DNA of 55,751 nt, filler included, from Sphacelaria rigidula (taxonomy: Eukaryota): the NCBI GenBank assembly GCA_964200075.2. It is 5 parts of 5 records of this genome, joined end to end, with 100 filler letters (N's around TTAATTAATTAA, not from the genome) between each part and the next. Parts side by side here need not be neighbours in the genome. Positions count along the whole stretch, not along the records: positions 44,683 to 55,751 come from CAXNAA020005439.1; 4 more parts are not named here. One strand, 5' to 3'. Within the stretch, counting starts at the first letter, position 1. Every line of letters starts with the position of its first letter. Below are positions 47,570 to 55,751 of the stretch, piece by piece. A program made the translations under genes and the position numbers. The notes below the pieces were generated by a model. That model ran no database searches, was not told the DNA's origin, and saw only the letters and a program-made list of their open reading frames with translations.

Positions 47570-48800
47570 GGCACGGCTGGGCCCCGGTGGTCAAACTGGT
47601 AGAATCGCCTCTTATTACAGAGGTCACGAGTTCGAATCCCGACACGACCATTTTGTTTCTGCGCATAATCTGGTATGGCGCCTTGCATCTGGGAGGGGTG
47701 TACAGCGCAGCTTGAGGTAGTACGTCTCCCTCTTACGGTGGTGAATGACCGTCGGCTGGGAGGTTCTCTCCCATGATGGAGCTGTTGACGATCTTGATGC
47801 CCTCTTTCAGCACTACTCATACGAGTGTACCTTTGCCTGCGCGTGTCGAGACTTCGCGTGCCTGTGCGACGCACTTCCCTACTGTGATTCCACCCCATTT
47901 CGTGAAACAAAACGCCTCCAGACACGCTATCACGCAACGACACGAGACGTTCCCGGTACTCACTGCAGTACAATAACATCATCGCCAAAACTTCGCCAAT
48001 CGACCAGTGGTGGTGCCGTGCATAACCAGGTTGGCCTGCAGTTCACAGCGATATGCTCAAGTCGAGTTGATGCAGTAAACTTGACGAGTTATGGTGGGAC
48101 ACGCAACTGCGGGATGTGCTGCTGGTCCAGCTCGTATCTCCGTGAATAAAACGAAAAACGGCGCATCCCCGAAAATATTGCGCACACTTACGCTCAGGAG
48201 ATCCTGGTAAAATTCGGCTAAAATTCCTTAAACTTGGGCCCAGTCTGGCACTTTTTGAGTGACACCACTGCACCCCGGTGGTCCAACGGATACACGATCC
48301 TGCAGTTACACGGATCACGAGTTCCAATCCCGACACGACCATTCCCCCTCCATAATCTGGCAGATGTTTTTTTTTCATTGTAATAAATACGACGACGATC
48401 GAGCGTTCGATCGAGGGAAAGCGGTGCAGCCCAGTCGCATTTGGATATTCGACCCTGTGCTCGTTGTGCGTGACAATTGGCTCGGAAGTCCTCTACCATG
48501 ATGGAGTGGCTGACTATTAGCTTGATGTCATCTCGCAGCATTCCTAGTGCACTATCGACTGTGCGTGTAAGTTGGCATACGTAATCTCGCCGCGTTTCCT
48601 AAAATTCCGCCACCTTTCCTACCAAAAAGAACTCAGAACATGCTCTCACGCCGCGATGTGAGACACACCCGGTGCTCAATGCAGTGCAACAATAACGTCA
48701 TCGTCAAACCTGCGCCAATCGACCAGCTGCGGAGCCCGCCAGCTTGGTCTGCAGTTCACAGCGATGTGCTCAAGTCGGGCTGATTTGGGAAACTTGAGAA
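47570..48800 (+). mobile_element. Two diverged tandem copies (~700-bp period) of a repeat with a tRNA-like head (SINE family S2)
   Basis: CCCCGGTGGTC.AAC.G ... TCACGAGTTC.AATCCCGACACGACCATT at ~47582-47652 and ~48272-48344; a second shared block CAATAAC.TCATCG.CAAA...CGCCAATCGACCAG...CTGCAGTTCACAGCGAT.TGCTCAAGTCG at ~47965-48070 and ~48685-48785. Confidence 0.65.
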
Positions 48801-50176
48801 GTCGCTGTGTTATATATTTCAGGTACAAGTCGGGGCAGCGACACAACTCGCCACAAACCCAGCATCTGATCGCCCGAGACGGTGCTGCAGATACCAACGT
48901 CTACAAAACCGGGGTATGTAAACGCAATCGCCCGCCGTCTTCCTGTCCCTAAACTTCATCGGATGTCTGAAATTGGCTACATTCAGTGGACACAGAATCT
49001 AGAAACGGCGATGCAAACGAAAGACAGCCCAACAACAGCGTCAACGAATGTGTGCGCACATTTTTCATACTAGAAGCAGTAGGCTGTCCAAAGTGTTGGT
49101 GGAAAGTTGAGTGGACTCTCGTGCATTTGCTCGATCTGCTTTTCGGTTCTTCAAATGTACGCTGAGTGAAGAGTTGTGTCACGGAAAGGGCGCAAAACAT
49201 GTCCCAGAGTTGCACTGTGAACCCATAGACAGCGAGAGTCATCTTGGAACAGTTTCACTGGCTGACGGTCAAGGGATGTCTGGGGTTTCCAGGAGGCGGG
49301 GGGTGGTTTTCGATGGAGGGGGGTGAGGGTTGTTTGCAAAACGGTCCAAAATCTTACAGAGTGAACTCTGTGTGTTTAGAAGTTTCCCATGGATTTGTTT
49401 CAAGCCAGGAACGAGGCCTGAAAGGAGCGGAGTAATAATTCTGACCGATCACGGCTATCAAGATGGTCACTCTATTCCCCTACAGAAGGACTGCAGGTGG
49501 ACTGTATCGCTATCTAGCTGTATATCTCCTCGTGGTCATGACAATTCAACCACAGAGAACACGGGCACAAATAGCGTGCCTTTACTCTGTTCGTAGTCTA
49601 TGCTTCCTGCCTGACCCCTCATACGTTGCCAGCATAGCTACACACTATGCTGTCTGTACTGTGGTTGTGAAACACTGAGTAGAGACATCAGCAGCATGCA
49701 GTAGGTTGTGCTCAGTGCAGAGCAATGGCACGCTGACCGTTTCCTGCCGTTGTATCCGGCGAAGACATTCAGGGTACATACTGACTCTGCACACAATTGA
49801 CGGCAGGGGCAAAACCGGTCAGGGGTTCTCCGGGACTGCGTTTTGTATTGACGCCTAAGATTCACATGTTTATTCAAAAAGTCGGTTTGCGTCGCGATAA
49901 AATAGCTGTTCTGACCCCCAAGTGTAGCGTAGTCCATCTGAGTCCTCCCGAGGGGGGTAAGGGTCAAGAGCGTATTCCAAAATGCAACTCATGAAATATG
50001 TTGAGACCACGCCACGGGTAGCGTTGCAATGGGCTAGTGGTATTATTCTTGTGTAGCTCTCGACTGCGGGACCCCTGGAATGACAAGCCCTACCGTATCG
50101 TGACTCTGGATACTTGAAAACTATGCTGTGCGGCACCGTCGAAATCTACGGGAACGGGAACGTCCTAAATTAAGGA

Positions 50177-50760
50177 TTGGCACCGAAGACAGAGACCATG
50201 CGTCTGTGGTTGGTACCGAACCCCCCAGAGAACGCACTGCACACCAAAACGGCGAGTCGACGGGACAAGCGGACGTCTGAGTTTATCTACCTTGGTGGTA
50301 CCGTAAATGCAAACGCAAACATTTACATCGAAATCAAGCGTCGCATCAGCGTAACGTCGGCATGCCTTAAAACGCCCTTCCCTGTATGTTCGGCCCACGC
50401 AACCCGGTCGCTCAAAGCGGCGGGGGTCGAAGCTGTTCTGCACGGATGTGCTACGTGGATACTGCACCGTACCAGACAGGGCATTCATGTAGCCACAGGA
50501 CCGTCGCCGCACTGCAGTACAATGAGGAACAGGGCTCGTTGTTATTGTGTGGATAGGGATCCTGGGCAAAGAGAGCATGCTTGTGGAAGCTACCATTTGT
50601 TTTCGGTACTACTTGCTGTATGTTGCCTGTGTTGTGCTTGCTTGCAGTTTTTACTCGAGTGGTTGACATAACGAACCCTTTTCGGCGTATTGTTTTCGGC
50701 GTGATAGCATTGTCCCACCCACGGCAGAATATTAAGAGGAGATTCACCGTAACCGCTGGC
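50177..50760 (+). pseudogene. Degenerate RTE-type LINE reverse-transcriptase C-terminal fragment
   Basis: KTETM...SEFIYLGGTVNANANIYIEIKRRI...LKAAGVEAVLHGCATW matches the F.YLG / EIKRRI / LLYGC.TW motifs of RTE-clade ORF2; the frame degenerates afterwards. Confidence 0.75.
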
Positions 50761-51652
50761 TACCTTCCTATCGGCGGAACACACGTTGTTGGGTTTGGGG
50801 GAGGGTGTTTAGTACTGAACACTAAAACAGAACAAAGTTATGTTGGGGGCCTGCTCGGTACGAAATTCTTGCAACTGCATTATTGTAAGCAAGGCATACG
50901 ACAATGGTAGGCAAGACTTCTCAAAAGGCGATTCGCGTTGCTCTCACGCTATCAGCTACCAAAGAACCTTTTACAGGCATGCAGATGCTGCGCTGTTCGA
51001 TGTAGGGTCGACAACCAAGACCATGGTGGTTTGTTTCCATGCTTGTTATCTTACAACACCCTAATCCCTCCCGTCTTGTTTTGAGAGTTTAGGAAGCCCT
51101 AGGTCTAGACCAAGTCTCATTCCTACGTCCATTTTCTTTCCCTGAAACGGTATGAAAATATCCGCTAGAGTCACAGCAACGGAGGTCAGCTTGACCCACC
51201 AGCGATATCGGTCCCGATTTTTCACCACACGGTATGGCACAATTCAACAGCCAGGTACTACTGAAGAAAAATTAGAATCTGTATTCTGTTTCCATGAGTA
51301 AGGGCCCCAGCGTTCGTTTGGGGATCATTGAAGGAATATACCGTCGTTTAGCTTACGACTACAAAAACTAGCGCTGTCCCGATTCGAGTGTCTCATGACC
51401 TAATCTTCACCGACATCTTGTCACGAACAGTACATGCCTTTCGTGAGTGATGGCACAAATGTATTTTGAAAGTATCGGGTGCCCATGCATGTCGATATAT
51501 ACTCAGATCCACATTGAATCAAAGACCTCCGACGTTTTGGGTATTTTGAGACAAAACGACCGCAGAGGAGAAACGTTTGTGCATACAGTAACAGGTTAGC
51601 TTCAGCGGTGTCAGTGAATAGCGTACACATGATATTTATTTTTGTGTAGCTT

Positions 51653-52271
51653 GCTGGTCGCCCAAGTGGCTCAGTTGGTAACCTCGAAGCCTTGTGGCGG
51701 TTGGGACGTGGATTCGCATCTCGGTGCAGGCACACAATCTGGATTTTTTTCTCACACCATAACCAACAGGGGAGAGCGACTATGTCGTGGGTACACGAAA
51801 TTCGACTTCATCGTCGACGAGGGGATGGGAGCGCTGAACCCTTTTCGCGACAAAAGTACAAGGCGAGCACCGTAGAAGGAAGGTAGGGAACTTGAACAAA
51901 ATGAAAGAGAAAGACTCCCGTGTTGGCGACACTTTCTACGACAGCTCCCCCCCAGAACCATCCCAAAACTGTCACGAGGAAAATGGTCATACTGCGCATG
52001 ATGATTGGTTTTAGGATGCATGAAGCACCTTACATGTGCGAAATTGGCGAAAACGAACTCAAGCGTTGGAATTCCTAGCTCCTCGTTGTGCCCGGCTGTT
52101 TTCATTTCCATTTATCTGCAGATTTTTCCTCCCCAAACCAGCCACCGTTTTGTGGGGAGGCTATCGTAGAAAGTGTCTCGCCTTCCTCCTGTGTGACTCC
52201 GGCTGATGCGCCCACATGTATCAAAAGATGTAGACTGGCGTCTAGAATAGATGGGATGACAGCACACACAC
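51653..52271 (+). mobile_element. SINE family S1, full length, interrupted by a MITE
   Basis: tRNA-like head GCTGGTCGCCCAAGTGGCTCAGTTGG...GGATTCGCATCTCGG; body and CA tail colinear with 2515-2878 except for 51928-52177. Confidence 0.8.
51928..52177. mobile_element. 250-bp MITE nested in a SINE
   Basis: GACACTTTCTACGACAGCTCCCCCCCAGAAC versus reverse-complemented right end GACACTTTCTACGATAGCCTCCCCACAAAAC; absent from the other S1 copies; flanks TGGC/TCGC. Confidence 0.8.
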
Positions 52272-52703
52272 TGACATAGCTCGAGGCTGTACGTGAGAGC
52301 GAACACGGCAAATATCGCACCAGTACGAAGAGCGTTTTAAGGCGTAGTGCTCAGGTATCAGACTAGGCATAGTTAACCCCCGACGTACCGAACATATCTC
52401 AAATGAAACTGTGTACATTAGTTTCGAAGTATCCTGGAGTCTTGAAGAAATGACCAGGGGATTGATAGGATCTATTGGCACCAACTTCGGAGGTGTCAGG
52501 GATCACTAGCACTTCTTCGAAAGCCGCACAGATCAACTGCGCATCGATCTTTTGCACGCTTTTATCTGGTTGAAATTCCCCTTCCTGAGCAATCGTGACC
52601 TGAATAGAGCAGTCCCACCAGTGACCGGTTTGAACTCGGACTACGCGGAGCCCTTAACGTATATTCGGACACGGTCCATGCGTACACGCACGTCACGTAC
52701 GGG

Positions 52704-52744
<41 letters not shown>

Positions 52745-53175
52745 CACATCAGCTTTTCCGCAGATATCTAGCGCCCGTGATCATGAAGCCATCACACAAA
52801 AAGACAGAAATCAAAATATGTAAATAACACGCCCACGAAGATAAAAACACGGCGCCCGGAACGATGGGGTTCTAAAACCACGCCAGCAAAACAAATACAG
52901 AATACAAAACAACCCGTATGTCTCGGAAAATAAACTGCAATAAGAAACATACCGTCGGATACCTGGTACGTAGGCCTTACGGGATCAGAAAGCCGAGATA
53001 CGGAAACTACATAGATCGGCGCACCGAACGAGTCAGAGCCGGGCAGAGCAGAGAGAGACACCACAAAGCAAGGCAAGGCGCGGTAAGATGACACGATCAG
53101 GGGAGATCCAAGTACCAGCCTTAAAAAGGAAATATTAAGGAAACAAAATACAACAGAACAGAACAAAACAAATCA

Positions 53176-53207
<32 letters not shown>

Positions 53208-54120
53208 GGAACAAAAAAACAAGAGAAAGGTGACGGGAAAAAAAGACAGACAAGGATCGACGCAAAGAAGAGATGATGACAATAAAAGGAGTCATTGCAT
53301 CACAAGCGGGCGGTATCGTCAGTCGATCACGAATCTCGCCACGTGCTCTGCCTCCTCTATCTTCGTCCCTTCTCTGGCAGTGGTGCCGGTAGGTATCCGC
53401 TCGCTTTCCGGTTTTATTTCCATTTTCTTCGTGTCTCGTTTGCCATTTCGCTTTCTCCTCGGCCCGTCCGCAACCTGCTGTATGTTCATTTGCTTCATTT
53501 TTGGCTCTCTTGAAACGACCCGTCGCCGGAATTTCCGTTTCTAGTCGGTGCCATTTCGCCATGAACTCGTTCAGTTTCTTGGCGCTCGTTTTTCACCTCC
53601 CCTCCTCTTTCTCGTCTTTGTTATTAAAGAGCTCGAGGTCCTCTTCCGAGCGATGTATCCAGTCGCGTTCTTGCCCCCTTTTTTTATCCATTTTCCCCCT
53701 CTAACCTCTCCAGCATGACGGGCTTTGGAATCCGGTCGTTTTCTCATGCGGGTAACCATCCACAACGCATAGATATCCGTGCACGCCCTTGCGATGATCC
53801 ACGGCGACCTACGGTTGCATGATCTATGGGTAACTGTGCTAGCTCATGGTGAGAATTCACCAATCATGGGCCACCATGGACAGGGGTGATGATCCATATT
53901 CATCGCGCCGTGGGCGTGCACGTGCGCCATCGTGAGCATCCATCCGCATAACTTATATCAGTATAAAGGTCATGTGAGGAATTCAACGCCAAGCTGAGGG
54001 GATCGAATATCAAGATACGTGAGCATCGGGGATTGTTATGTACGTTTCGTAATAGTATATGGAAAAGTTTCGAGAGAATGCCGTAGCTGCTCATCAGCTG
54101 AGTATGTTTTGGGTGACCTT
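52704..54120 (-). mobile_element. Degenerate LINE 3' portion with (AAC)n tail
   Basis: Minus-strand remnants YGILSKLFHILLRNVH and DISYADG (YADD-like), then KDLELF...EFMAKWHRLE, a T-rich 3' region, and the (GTT)n tract at 52704-52745 as the tail. Confidence 0.55.
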
Positions 54121-54470
54121 GCTCAAATCGTTTCAGACTTCAATGTGAATCGGCGTTTCGTGTGAGACACGCGCACAGTACACTAACAGAAATAGTCAGC
54201 ACCCGTTTAAATGATGCCGATTCCAATTTGAAGAAGGGGTGATCGTTGGTGTTTTTCAAAGCTTTTCCCGCGGATATCAGAGCTGTTCGGAACAGGAGAT
54301 CCGAGACGAGAGCGTTTGAACCAGTTTTGACAGCGGGCCACAAGGTGCCCTTCGACCCGAGTGGGGAACAAAGCTGATACCGCAAATCGATGATCCGGCA
54401 GACCGTTCCCGACATGATGCGATTCAAATTCAAAGTGAAGATTATGCTGATCAGAGAGTGTGAAACGACC

Positions 54471-55120
54471 CAACTGACTGTTTCAGACGTGATGCCGATT
54501 CAATTTCAAGATGAAAGCCGTGCCGATAAAAAAACGACGATACACAAAACGCTGTAGCAGAACAGAAACAGCAGAAAAGGAAGAGAAAGACATGCGAAAT
54601 CAAACACGCTTCAGGTGTACCGCCCACGACAGCCACGGCGCGAAAAACGACGGTATTCCAAAGCCAAGGATGGACAAAACGCACGCTTGTCCAGTGAAAT
54701 GCAAGGGAGAAGAGGGTCAGGGAAGGTGTATCCGAAAATGATGCCGACCAACAACTGTAGAAACCACTCGGGTGACCGTTTCAGCATATGGCAACTGACC
54801 GTTTCAGACATGATGTTGATTCAAATTAAAAAAGGAAAATGGTGCCGATAAAAAAGGACAAGAAAAACGGTGCAGCAGCAGAAAAGAGACAACAACAAAA
54901 GGAAGGGACATTCGTGTGAGATCAAAACACGGTCAAGGTCTAACGCCCGTGCGGAACACAGCGCTAAAACGAGATGTGTACTCCAAATCACAGAGAGCAC
55001 GCCAGGACATTACTGTACAGAAAGCACGCTGGTGTCCAGTGAAATGCAAGAGAGAAGAGGATCAATGAAGAAGGTGTGCTCGAAACTGATGCCGATCAAA
55101 CAATATCGAAACGACCCGGT
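54471..55120. repeat. Diverged ~320-bp tandem duplication with smaller upstream sub-repeats
   Basis: CAACTGAC.GTTTCAGAC.TGATG..GATTCAA...GTGCCGATAAAAAA...GTCCAGTGAAATGCAAG.GAGAAGAGG occurs from 54471 and from 54792; the ATGATGC(C)GATTC motif also occurs near 54211 and 54414. Confidence 0.7.
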
Positions 55121-55675
55121 GTACATGTATTCCGAAACCAAGCGAAGGCGAAGCGTTGGTTCCTCGGACTTCTAGAGCAAAATAACACCTGTTTGCAGAA
55201 AGAGTATTTGACGAAATTATAGTCAATAATACTCTCAAGTCAAGTACAGACGATGAGCTGGCTTCTGAGATGTCTACTGCAAAATGACACCCGTCTGCGG
55301 GAACGACATTTGATCGAAGACGTAAATTGTACAATTAACACAAGGTTTTTGGCGCTTCGCGCCACCGCTCAAATCGAACATTTCGAAGAAAAAGCTGATG
55401 TGGTGTTTCCAGCAATGAAGATATAATATACAAAACATTTAAAGTTCGAGAGAAAAAATGGGCCTGCAAAAAAAATATCCGCAGTGTGAAGGCTGGCGAT
55501 CGCACCCGCGACTTCGTCGTTCGGATTGTTCATAGGCCATGATAAAAACTGCACATAATTTATCATTGTCGGTCAATAGTCGTCAATGCGAAGACCTCAT
55601 AGAGGACACCGATTCTGCACTGCTCCTGTGCAACACCGAATATTAACCGTCGAGTGTACAGAAGACACCACGACT

Positions 55676-55751
55676 CAGGGGGTACTCATGATCATGCATG
55701 CCATAGTCAACAGACCATTGACCTCGCATCCCTACAAAGCCGGGACGGAGC
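55676..55751 (-). repeat. Copy of the same interspersed repeat at the window end
   Basis: Near-identical reverse complement of 22346-22420. Confidence 0.75.

Noticed and set aside
1..55751. Endogenous giant-virus (phaeovirus) or bacterial contaminant segment
   Set aside because: There is no dense intronless ORF block or viral/bacterial hallmark gene; all recognisable genes are spliced.

Overview
Eukaryotic, intron- and transposon-rich DNA, most consistent with a brown alga or another photosynthetic stramenopile. That assignment is inferred from gene structure, protein sequences and repeat content. The window is not one locus. It is five contigs of 11071, 11071, 11070, 11070 and 11069 bp joined by identical 100-bp N/TTAATTAATTAA/N linkers, i.e. 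a length-sorted concatenation, so adjacency across the linkers is meaningless. I spliced the genes by hand using GT-AG boundaries and intron phase. Contig 1 holds a complete 5-exon ARL1 GTPase (-). Contig 2 holds the 3' part of a gene whose product looks like a TFIIA-gamma beta-barrel fused to a ~740-aa acidic, polyD/polyQ, repeat-bearing tail (+). Contig 3 holds six internal exons of a UNC-45/UCS myosin chaperone (+). Contig 4 holds a ~1590-codon LRR + IQ protein (LRRIQ1-like, -) whose last visible splice donor is triplicated. Contig 5 holds the first two exons of a secreted CSLREA-like protein (-). The rest is mostly non-autonomous mobile DNA: three copies of a TA-flanked CAG-TIR element (two carrying nested insertions whose empty sites are visible in the sister copies), Stowaway-, Tourist- and piggyBac-like MITEs, fully palindromic ~450-bp fold-back elements, tRNA-derived SINEs, RTE-LINE relics and two structured minisatellite arrays. 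I found no CRISPR array, prokaryotic operon or viral insertion. The most novel candidates are the TFIIA-gamma-like fusion, the palindromic elements and the helically phased repeat arrays.
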